This document shows, piece after piece, positions 1-7,128 of a DNA stretch of 45,901 nt. The translations under genes and the position numbers were made by a program. The notes below the pieces were generated by a model. The model was not told where the DNA came from, ran no database searches, and worked only from the letters and a program-made list of their open reading frames with translations. Source of the DNA: a virus; IMG/VR virus record IMGVR_UViG_3300000969_000002, positions 1-45,901 of that record. One strand, written 5' to 3'. Numbering within the stretch: position 1 is the first letter of the stretch; every line of letters begins with the position of its first letter.

Positions 1-49
1 AGAAATACAAAGTTGATAACTGGAAGAAAGTACCAAGTCAAGAACGATA
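1..49. repeat. 49-bp exact terminal overlap with 45853..45901 (circular closure or permutation point of the assembly)
   Basis: nt 1-49 (agaaatacaaagttgataactggaagaaagtaccaagtcaagaacgata) are identical to the last 49 nt of the window. An ORF reads through the junction in frame. Confidence 0.95.
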
Positions 50-197
50 TTGGGATGCGTTAGAACGTCATTTAATTGCCTTTAAGAATGGTGAGGTTAA
101 AGACGAAGAGAGTGGCTTAGATCATATAGATCATATAGCTTGTAACGCAGCCTTTTTAATTGAATTAAAAAAACTACCACTAAGAGACGAGGAATAG
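1..197 (+). CDS. C-terminal part of the dCMP deaminase / DUF5664-like fusion protein (5' part at 45390..45901; the gene is split by the linearisation point)
   Basis: The frame is open from nt 3 to TAG at 195-197. After removing the 49-bp overlap the frame is continuous with 45390..45852 (463+197 nt = 220 codons). Confidence 0.85.
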   Translation, partial: KYKVDNWKKVPSQERYWDALERHLIAFKNGEVKDEESGLDHIDHIACNAAFLIELKKLPLRDEE

Positions 198-199
198 AA

Positions 200-523
200 A
201 TGTTAGGTGATAACGAACTAAAATTAAGGTTGAGTACAAGACCTGCGCCCAATGTAACTAAAGAGTACATGGAAGCAAGAATTGAAGATATAACGTATGT
301 ATATATGTATGACGTATCTCGTAAAGATGATACAACTACTATATGTACATTGTATCTTGATAACGGATATTCAGTAAGAGGTGAAAGCTCATGTGTTAAT
401 TTCGAAAACTTTGATAGAGAAATTGGCGCAAGATTAGCTTATGATAATGCTATAAGTAAGCTTTGGCCGTTATTCGGATTTTTATTAGCAGAAAGTCAAT
501 TTCAAAAAGTACAGGAGCAGTAA
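200..523 (+). CDS. conserved phage protein, N4 gp49 / Sf6 gp66-like (function unknown)
   Basis: ORF track, 107 aa; the ATG lies 3 nt after the upstream stop. The segment TTTICTLYLDNGYSVRGESSCV...EIGARLAYDNAISKLWPLFGFLL resembles that family from memory; not searched. Confidence 0.7.
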   Translation: MLGDNELKLRLSTRPAPNVTKEYMEARIEDITYVYMYDVSRKDDTTTICTLYLDNGYSVRGESSCVNFENFDREIGARLAYDNAISKLWPLFGFLLAESQFQKVQEQ

Positions 524-687
524 TGACAAGAAGAAAAATAGCAATACTATTAGCAATGTTTTGGTTATCAGTATTTTTATTGGTTGCCATGGGTTGCCAG
601 CCAATAACCCCAGAGCAAGAACAAGCATGGATAAATGAAAACATGCCAGCTCAAAATAAATTAGATATAGTTATAGAGGAGAAATAA
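523..687 (+). CDS. small signal-peptide protein / putative lipoprotein (54 aa)
   Basis: ATG 523 overlaps the upstream stop (TAATG), with AGGAG 5 nt upstream. The N-terminus MTRRKIAILLAMFWLSVFLLVAMG|C has a basic n-region, a hydrophobic core and an imperfect lipobox. The track ORF 463..687 is the same frame extended upstream. Confidence 0.6.
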   Translation: MTRRKIAILLAMFWLSVFLLVAMGCQPITPEQEQAWINENMPAQNKLDIVIEEK

Positions 688-688
688 C

Positions 689-1480
689 ATGGATATTGAA
701 GGTAAAGAAAATAAAATACTAGCTGTTGATGGTGATATTATAGCTTACCGAACAGCCGCAGTTTGTGAAGATCATTTTGAAGGTGCTGTTGAAGACATTT
801 TAGCTTCTACATTGGAAAAGATTGCAACTGATACTGGTATTAGTAATATGCGTATTTATCTTTCTGGTGAGAATAACTTTAGATATGATATTGGTAAAAC
901 ACGTCCTTATAAAGGCAATCGCGCTTCGATGAAACGTCCTCGTTATTTAAATCACGCTAAGGAATGGCTTATTAAAGAACATAAAGCAATTCGTGTACAT
1001 GGTTATGAGGCTGATGATGGTATAGCAACTGACATGACACTTAATGGTGCTATTCATTGCGGTATTGATAAAGATATTTTACAAGTACCCGGATTACATT
1101 ATAACTATGTGAAAGAAGAATGGATTGAAATATCGGAAGAAGAAGCAACACTTAAATTATGGCGTCAAGTGCTTATGGGCGACAATTCTGATAACATTCC
1201 TGGTTTACCTAAAGTAGGCGAAAAGACTGCAGAGAAGTTGATCTTTGATGCAGCAACAGCTGAAGCAGATGCATTGTCAGTTTATCAAGAAGTTTGTGAA
1301 GAGAAAATGGAAGGTACCGATTACGAAGTATATTTTAAAGAACAAACTAAGTTGATTTATATGGTACGTGATATTAACTTGTTTGACTTAATTACTACTT
1401 ATGTTGAACCGGATACTCAAGGCTTTGTTTCAGAAGATGATACAATGCAAGATGCACCAACAACTGGAGTAAGACTGTGA
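689..1480 (+). CDS. 5'-3' exonuclease / flap endonuclease (T5 D15 / T4 RNase H / Pol I 5'-exo family)
   Basis: 263 aa. PIN-like acidic motifs VDGDIIAYR, GYEADDGIA and DKDILQV, plus the H3TH motif GDNSDNIPGLPKVGEKTAEKL. Confidence 0.85.
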   Translation: MDIEGKENKILAVDGDIIAYRTAAVCEDHFEGAVEDILASTLEKIATDTGISNMRIYLSGENNFRYDIGKTRPYKGNRASMKRPRYLNHAKEWLIKEHKAIRVHGYEADDGIATDMTLNGAIHCGIDKDILQVPGLHYNYVKEEWIEISEEEATLKLWRQVLMGDNSDNIPGLPKVGEKTAEKLIFDAATAEADALSVYQEVCEEKMEGTDYEVYFKEQTKLIYMVRDINLFDLITTYVEPDTQGFVSEDDTMQDAPTTGVRL

Positions 1481-1680
1481 GCAGTAAGATTGAGATTGAC
1501 GACTTAATATATCACTTTGAAACAAAAGATGCTTATTGTGTTAGTACGGAAGAAGATGAATTTGGCGAAGAAGCTGAGCGTATTTTCCTCCCTAAGTCTA
1601 TAGTCGATAGATCAGGGCCAAAAGAACAATATGTGTTTACTATGAGTGAATATATCGCTCAAGAGAAAGGTTTAATTTAA
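1477..1680 (+). CDS. hypothetical protein (67 aa)
   Basis: ORF track; GTG start overlaps the upstream stop (GTGA), with GGAG 7 nt upstream. Confidence 0.55.
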   Translation: MSSKIEIDDLIYHFETKDAYCVSTEEDEFGEEAERIFLPKSIVDRSGPKEQYVFTMSEYIAQEKGLI

Positions 1681-1946
1681 TGGAAATGACTACAAAAGAG
1701 GCAATCTCGTACATTGCAGAAAATTTCGATGTAGCGTCAAAGTATGCTTTAGCTAAGATGTTATCTAGTGATAGTATAACGGTGCAGCCAATACAAATTA
1801 CTAATTATATAACTGGTACAAAACCACATGAAAAAGTTGCTAAACGTTTTCTTGAAGAATTTGGTATTGTGATTACTGATATGTATTCACCTTCAGACTT
1901 TAGACAACACATTAGAAAAGAAACAGTTGAGAATGTGGACTCCTAA
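1680..1946 (+). CDS. hypothetical protein (88 aa), possible HTH
   Basis: ORF track; ATG overlaps the upstream TAA by 1 nt. Confidence 0.6.
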   Translation: MEMTTKEAISYIAENFDVASKYALAKMLSSDSITVQPIQITNYITGTKPHEKVAKRFLEEFGIVITDMYSPSDFRQHIRKETVENVDS

Positions 1947-3189
1947 ACCTAAGCAAATTGAAAAAGCCGAGCTGGGTTTACCTATACTTAAAGAACATGG
2001 TATAGTCTATTTAGCTATGGAAGAACGTACAGGGAAAACATTAACAGCGATACTAATGGCTGAAGAGACAATTGCTGTTAATGTTTTAGTTTTAACAAAG
2101 AATGAAAAATCTGTTAAAGGTTGGAATAAAGCGTTAGACAATTATATCCACTTATGTCAATATGTTGTTACTACTTATGGTAAAGCTCATCATGTCAAAG
2201 GTGAATTCCAGCTTGTTATTCTTGATGAAGCGCATAACTATATTTCTAGTGTACCTAAAGAGTCTTCAACATGGAGCAGAATATACCCTATAGTATGGGG
2301 CAAGCCTATTATCTACATGTCAGCTACACCTCATGCTCAAGGGAGACATTTATTGTTTCATCAATTTGCACTTTGTGTGTTTAGTCCTTGGAAGAAGTTT
2401 AAAAACTTTTATGAATGGTATAAAGAATATGCGGTTAAAGATAAAGCTGGACGCCATAAACTTATATACAGAGGACAAGGACAAACGTCACCAGACTATA
2501 AAGCTGTAGATCAAGAGCGTATAGAACGGGAAGTTGAGCATTTATTTGTATCTGGTACACGTAAAGAAATGGGTATTGAACACGATCCAGAAGATGAGAT
2601 ACATTTTATCGAATTAAGCCCTCCTATTAAACATATCTACAATAGTGTTCTTAAGGATAAAGTACTTGATTTTAGCCATGAAGAAACAGGTAAGGATTAT
2701 CTTATTGAGTGTGATACATGCATTAAATTGCGTTGGACATTACACATGCTGGAAGGTGGTACGATTAAGTACACTGAAATTGTAGATAAGAAAGAAGTAC
2801 CTACTTATTTAGATTTAGCAAACACTGAAAAAGTCGACTACATTATGTCTACATGGGGAGATACTAAAGAACTTGTTATTATGTATCAGTATAAAGCAGA
2901 TAAAATTAAGCTTGAAAGATACTTTAAGAAAGCTAAGATATTACAAGCAACAAGCTATGCAGAAGGCGTTGACTTAAGTATGCATAAACACTTAGTTATA
3001 TACTCGCAAGACTTTTCTACTGCTCGCCATTCACAACGTCGAGCTAGGCAGGCAAATTACGATAGAAAAGATGAAATTAAAGTGCATTTCCTATTAGTTA
3101 AAAATGCAATTAGTCACCAAGTGTATAAGACTTGTAGCGAAAATAAAAAGAATTTTGTAGACAGTAGATTTGAGGAGATAGAACTATGA
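1933..3189 (+). CDS. SF2 (SNF2/DEAD-like) helicase
   Basis: Motif I EERTGKTL, motif II LVILDEAHNY, motif III MSATP, motif VI-like HSQRRARQANY. The track ORF starts at TTG 1927; ATG 1933 is preferred. Confidence 0.8.
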   Translation: MWTPKPKQIEKAELGLPILKEHGIVYLAMEERTGKTLTAILMAEETIAVNVLVLTKNEKSVKGWNKALDNYIHLCQYVVTTYGKAHHVKGEFQLVILDEAHNYISSVPKESSTWSRIYPIVWGKPIIYMSATPHAQGRHLLFHQFALCVFSPWKKFKNFYEWYKEYAVKDKAGRHKLIYRGQGQTSPDYKAVDQERIEREVEHLFVSGTRKEMGIEHDPEDEIHFIELSPPIKHIYNSVLKDKVLDFSHEETGKDYLIECDTCIKLRWTLHMLEGGTIKYTEIVDKKEVPTYLDLANTEKVDYIMSTWGDTKELVIMYQYKADKIKLERYFKKAKILQATSYAEGVDLSMHKHLVIYSQDFSTARHSQRRARQANYDRKDEIKVHFLLVKNAISHQVYKTCSENKKNFVDSRFEEIEL

Positions 3190-4412
3190 TATTACAGACA
3201 CTAAGAAGAACTATGAGTAGAAAAGATAAAGAAGAAATTATGCGTTCAGCTACGGATAATGAGAAACGAATATTTAAGGCGGCTTATGATCCTAAAATAA
3301 CTTACGGTATACGCTTCGATAAAATCAATTGGTCTTCTGTTAATGAACCTGAAAAGGGTATGTTTGATATACTAGGGCAATTAGCAGATAGAAGTCTAAC
3401 AGGTGGTGCGGCAGAAAACGTTGTCACTAACTACGCTAATACTTATGGTGATTTAATTAAACTAATTTGTAATCGTGACCTAGATTGTGGCGTTACTGCA
3501 ACTACGTGTAATAATACATTTGGTAAAGATTTTATACCTCAGTTTAAAGTGCAACTAGCTAAGGAGGTACCTTTAGATAAAATACAATATCCTTGTATTG
3601 CACAAGTTAAATACGATGGAGTACGTGTATTAGCTTTTGTCAACAGTAAAACTCAATCAGTTATCTTTAGAACACGTAATGGTAAAGTGTTTGAATATCC
3701 TGAGTTAGCTAAGTCTCTTTTGAATTGTTCAATGCCTGATTTAGATTTTGTATTCGATGGTGAATTAACTGTTGGAAATTCTGCTCACTCAAACCATACT
3801 AATGTTGCAGGTAAAGTTAATTCTGCAATTAAAGGTAATCCAATAACCGGTATGCCTTTTAACTTTCATGTATTTGACGGTATGCAAATAAACGACTTCA
3901 ATAGACAACAATGTGATATGGTTTATAGTACTCGCTACGCCATGACTAAAACGTTAATTGATAATATGTTTAACAATCGTATTATTATGGCTGACTACGT
4001 TGATATTGATACTATGAAACAAGCTAATAAAGCATTTACTGAATTGTATGCTCAAGGCTTCGAGGGTATAATAATTAAGCAATGGAACCACCTGTACACA
4101 TTTAAACGTAGTACTGATTGGGTTAAGGTTAAAGCAATTAAAACCGCTGATTTAAAATGTGTCAGTTGGGTAATTGGTACTGGTAAGTATAAAGATGTAA
4201 TAGGTACATTAATTTGTGAAGGAATGGTTGAGGGAAAATTTGTAAGTGTTAAAGTTGGTTCGGGTTTAACTGATAACGATAGAGCGGAAGCACCAGCACA
4301 TTTTTTAATGCGCACAATTGAAGTTAAATATAATAGCTTAATACAAGACGCAAAGACAGGTAATTGGAGTTTATTCCTGCCTCGTTTTGTTTCTGTGAGG
4401 ATTGATAAATAA
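3186..4412 (+). CDS. ATP-dependent DNA ligase
   Basis: 408 aa. Nucleotidyltransferase motifs: I KYDGVR, III FVFDGEL, IV FEGIIIK, V DWVKVK. ATGA overlap with the upstream gene. Confidence 0.9.
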   Translation: MILQTLRRTMSRKDKEEIMRSATDNEKRIFKAAYDPKITYGIRFDKINWSSVNEPEKGMFDILGQLADRSLTGGAAENVVTNYANTYGDLIKLICNRDLDCGVTATTCNNTFGKDFIPQFKVQLAKEVPLDKIQYPCIAQVKYDGVRVLAFVNSKTQSVIFRTRNGKVFEYPELAKSLLNCSMPDLDFVFDGELTVGNSAHSNHTNVAGKVNSAIKGNPITGMPFNFHVFDGMQINDFNRQQCDMVYSTRYAMTKTLIDNMFNNRIIMADYVDIDTMKQANKAFTELYAQGFEGIIIKQWNHLYTFKRSTDWVKVKAIKTADLKCVSWVIGTGKYKDVIGTLICEGMVEGKFVSVKVGSGLTDNDRAEAPAHFLMRTIEVKYNSLIQDAKTGNWSLFLPRFVSVRIDK

Positions 4413-4723
4413 TGGCTAATCCACTTCAACCAAATATTATTAAAATGTTAGAAACTGAGTTTGAAGCGCTTGTAATTAATGTAGTTGGCTCATCTAAAAG
4501 CGGTATGCCTGACTTGATAGCTTGTATTCAAGGGCAGTTTTTTGGTTTTGAAATCAAATGGAAAAATGATCGCCCATCAGAGCTCCAAAAAACTAAGATT
4601 AATAGTATTATAGACGCAGGTGGGCGAGCTTATTTTATCCGTTCGACTGAGCAATTACGCTTTATATTGAACCAAGGTTTGGAACCTGAGCGCTACACTT
4701 TGAAAAATAAGTTTAAATTATAA
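4412..4723 (+). CDS. VRR-NUC family (PD-(D/E)xK) nuclease
   Basis: 103 aa. GMPDLIA...FGFEIKW gives a D...ExK arrangement typical of VRR-NUC; start overlaps the ligase stop. Confidence 0.7.
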   Translation: MANPLQPNIIKMLETEFEALVINVVGSSKSGMPDLIACIQGQFFGFEIKWKNDRPSELQKTKINSIIDAGGRAYFIRSTEQLRFILNQGLEPERYTLKNKFKL

Positions 4724-4781
4724 AATAAAATCAATTCTACTAGGTTTTCTGCAACCTTTTAGGCTTCCGAGCATAAAACTA

Positions 4782-4821
4782 AGGCCCCAAATCCATTGAT
4801 TATATGGACATTCTGGGGCCT
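4782..4821. terminator. hairpin between convergent transcription arms (candidate bidirectional terminator)
   Basis: aggcccca (4782-4789) pairs with tggggcct (4814-4821). It lies between the last + gene (ends 4723) and the last - gene (ends 4863). Confidence 0.55.
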
Positions 4822-4862
4822 TCGTATTTGAAGATATAGTATAAGACTAATACATGATTCCT

Positions 4863-5120
4863 CTATTTATTATGTAAAGTAGTACATAAGTCATTGTATT
4901 TAGCGTTGTGCTTTTTTATCTCTTCAACTGTTTCTGCTGTATCACCTTCTATTGCACAAAGTGTTTTTTCACTGTGCAAAGGTTGAGGGCATGAATAACT
5001 AATCTGAGTAAACACTTTACACGATGTATCAATTACTGCGGGACCTGTTGTTTGGGTCGTTATGCACGCTTGTAACATCAACGGACTTAGCAGCACGCTG
5101 AGCACTTTCAATCTTTTCAT
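4863..5120 (-). CDS. o-spanin (Rz1-like outer-membrane lipoprotein)
   Basis: Internal ATG 5120 has GGGAG upstream. MKRLKVLSVLLSPLMLQA|C is a signal peptide plus lipobox. The mature part carries the ...DTSC..F..I......DT.ET..EI..HN..Y..LC pattern recalled from Rz1-like proteins. The gene starts inside 5029..5256 in another frame. Confidence 0.7.
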   Translation of the reverse strand: MKRLKVLSVLLSPLMLQACITTQTTGPAVIDTSCKVFTQISYSCPQPLHSEKTLCAIEGDTAETVEEIKKHNAKYNDLCTTLHNK

Positions 5121-5256
5121 CTTGCTTCTCCCGAGCTTTAGCTCTTTCATCTGTACGAACTAAGTTATCACGTTCGCGTTGTTCAAATAAATGACTGAGC
5201 TTTTTTAAGAGCCCAGTCACGTTACCAAATATACCTAAGATGCTACTCAACATCAT
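5029..5256 (-). CDS. i-spanin (Rz-like) candidate
   Basis: 75 aa. Hydrophobic N-terminus LSSILGIFGNVTGLL followed by a charged helical region. It contains the start of the lipoprotein gene in a +1 frame, the classic overlapped spanin architecture. Confidence 0.55.
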   Translation of the reverse strand: MMLSSILGIFGNVTGLLKKLSHLFEQRERDNLVRTDERAKAREKQDEKIESAQRAAKSVDVTSVHNDPNNRSRSN

Positions 5257-5416
5257 CTAACTCATCTTGAGAAGGTGCTTCTGAAGCACGTTCTTCTTGA
5301 ATGGCCTGTACCTTCTCAGTTACAGTAGATGTAAATGCAACAACTGTGTCATTAGTCACAATAGTGTAAACACCGGTTAAAGCTAATAGCATTAATATAA
5401 TTTTAAGAATTTTCAT
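5243..5416 (-). CDS. small membrane/secreted protein (57 aa), lysis-cassette associated
   Basis: Not in the track (<60 aa). ATG 5416 is preceded by AGGAGG. MKILKIILMLLALTGVYTIV is hydrophobic and the C-terminus is acidic. The ORF overlaps both neighbours. Confidence 0.55.
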   Translation of the reverse strand: MKILKIILMLLALTGVYTIVTNDTVVAFTSTVTEKVQAIQEERASEAPSQDELDDVE

Positions 5417-5699
5417 TGGTACCTCCTAATTTAGTATCAAGTTTATCAATAGCATGTCGACCACCGACAATACCTCCACCTAAGCCAATACCAACAAGCA
5501 TTTCCGTTAGGCTAACACTACCAGCAAAAAAGCCAAGTACACTAGATACTTTAGTCATCCAACCAAAGATATACGTTTTTTTACCATTAACTTTACTTAG
5601 TAGTCTTTCTAGTAAAGGTGAAGCTAGGAATGCTTTGTATTGCTCATCAATAAGTTGCAACGTGCCCTTATCCTCTACATTGTTTTGATTATCTGTCAT
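5403..5699 (-). CDS. holin candidate (98 aa, two hydrophobic segments)
   Basis: Hydrophobic segments IFGWMTKVSSVLGFFAGSV and MLVGIGLGGGIVGG; position directly upstream of the spanin genes. Confidence 0.4.
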   Translation of the reverse strand: MTDNQNNVEDKGTLQLIDEQYKAFLASPLLERLLSKVNGKKTYIFGWMTKVSSVLGFFAGSVSLTEMLVGIGLGGGIVGGRHAIDKLDTKLGGTNENS

Positions 5700-5713
5700 T
5701 ATTTTGTCCTTTC

Positions 5714-6058
5714 TTATAACTTTTCAGATACGAATAAAACACCATCATCAGCACCATACTTTAGTACAGATATATGAGTGTCCCTAATTTTGGAAACGTT
5801 ATCATCTATTAAAGCAACATCGTAGTAAACTCCTTTTGGAAAGAAGTGACTAGATGTGGTTGCTTCAACAGTTGCGTCTCCTACCTCAACATACACATTT
5901 TCAGTTGCGTATAAAGAAATTACTCTACAATTTGTGTTAAAATCGCTTGTGTTACGTGTAGCAGTAGCTGTTGCATTTATAGCATGAGCTCCTCCAGTTG
6001 ATAGTCTTAATGCAGGGATTGGATACCCATTTTGGTCTTTAGGCATGTTACTTGTCAT
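5714..6058 (-). CDS. hypothetical protein (114 aa)
   Basis: ORF track; tightly packed within the late arm. Confidence 0.6.
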   Translation of the reverse strand: MTSNMPKDQNGYPIPALRLSTGGAHAINATATATRNTSDFNTNCRVISLYATENVYVEVGDATVEATTSSHFFPKGVYYDVALIDDNVSKIRDTHISVLKYGADDGVLFVSEKL

Positions 6059-6071
6059 TATTTTATTCCTC

Positions 6072-6227
6072 TCATTTTATAGTTGCCCCTATTTCTATTG
6101 CTGTAATTAACCGAGGATCACCTCCATTTAATACATCTTTTTGTAAAGTAATCTTGGGTTTACCGTAAGGCTCTACAGAGCTACAGGCAGTTAAACCTAA
6201 GATTAGTATAAATAATAAGTTTTTCAA
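6072..6227 (-). CDS. small lipoprotein (51 aa, TTG start)
   Basis: Not in the track. TTG 6227 overlaps the upstream TGA, with AGGAG 8 nt upstream. MKNLLFILILGLTA|CSS is a canonical signal peptide plus lipobox. Confidence 0.55.
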   Translation of the reverse strand: MKNLLFILILGLTACSSVEPYGKPKITLQKDVLNGGDPRLITAIEIGATIK

Positions 6228-6454
6228 TGTGAATGCTCCTCTAAACTAGTTATACGGTGGGCGTGGTCCATGGCATCTTCATGGATCCTTGTAATGTTGA
6301 TATCGATCTTCTCCACATCGCGGGATAGCTCTTCCACTTGATGAGTAAGGGACCAAACCTGTGACACTGCTATGACCATATAAACAATAGCTGCGGATAT
6401 CAATCCTCCTAGTATCTTATAGAACATCTTCTCTAGCTCATTGTTATTGCTCAT
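6224..6454 (-). CDS. membrane-anchored coiled-coil protein (76 aa)
   Basis: ILGGLISAAIVYMVIAV is a TM segment, followed by a heptad-like charged helix. ATGA overlap with the upstream gene. Confidence 0.6.
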   Translation of the reverse strand: MSNNNELEKMFYKILGGLISAAIVYMVIAVSQVWSLTHQVEELSRDVEKIDINITRIHEDAMDHAHRITSLEEHSH

Positions 6455-7116
6455 GGTTGATCCTTATGTTGTGCGTAGGCAGCATCGTGTTTTGATTTAA
6501 GTCTAGCCATATCATTCTTAAGTTGGTCGATCTTTTTTACTAATTTTTCTATAAGAACCTTGTTCTCAGTAGCGAGGTAGTTATTGAAAGCTATGTCTTT
6601 AATACGTCCTGCAGCTCGCTTAGGTTGTTCAGCAGTAAAGACGCTATTTAAAACTATCTTTTCTGTAGCTTGGTTTAAGTCACTCCTAACTTGGGAAAGC
6701 TCCTTCTCAAACTCTACATTTTTAGAGCGGAACTCTCCGAACTCCTGACCTAAAGAGTTTACCTTCTCATAGGAACTCGTGGACGACTTTTCCACAGCTG
6801 AGAAGTTATTAGACAATCTAGTTAGCTCAGCAGAGGTCTTCTTATGAACAGCCTCTAAATCGCTTTGTCCTTCCATCTGCGTTTGAAGTTTCAAGACGCT
6901 ATCAGACAAGAACTTATTAATCTCTTCCTGCTCTCCCACGAATATACTAGCTTTTTCAATCTTGTCGGTGGCCGTAAAGATTTCACCTATAGGACCTCTG
7001 AAGGCAATCAGCGCACCTACTACAAGAACGAAGCCAACAGCGACGAAAGCCACACCTCCTGCGCGCTTGCCTATTTCTCCTAGCGCTCCGTCTGTTACTC
7101 TATCTTGTTTACTCAT
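6451..7116 (-). CDS. membrane-anchored long coiled-coil protein (221 aa)
   Basis: N-terminal TM segment GVAFVAVGFVLVVGALIAF, then about 170 aa of helical, charged sequence. Confidence 0.65.
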   Translation of the reverse strand: MSKQDRVTDGALGEIGKRAGGVAFVAVGFVLVVGALIAFRGPIGEIFTATDKIEKASIFVGEQEEINKFLSDSVLKLQTQMEGQSDLEAVHKKTSAELTRLSNNFSAVEKSSTSSYEKVNSLGQEFGEFRSKNVEFEKELSQVRSDLNQATEKIVLNSVFTAEQPKRAAGRIKDIAFNNYLATENKVLIEKLVKKIDQLKNDMARLKSKHDAAYAQHKDQP

Positions 7117-7128
7117 TATTGATTTCTC

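Noticed and set aside
450-644. Antisense or alternative-frame ORFs in the track. Examples: 450..644 (-), 4052..4429 (-), 5416..5688 (+), 6865..7228 (+), 7338..7574 (-), 9680..9979 (+), 11375..11608 (+), 13069..14772 (+ set), 16738..17029, 18803..19027 (+), 24972..25353, 25984..26500 (+), 28049..28906 (-), 32132..32350 (-), 33329..33520 (-), 39411..39899 (-), 42549..42758 (-), 45453..45638 (-).
   Set aside because: Each lies entirely inside a longer, motif-supported or operon-consistent gene on the other strand or frame. They lack SD sequences and have low-complexity, shadow-ORF compositions.
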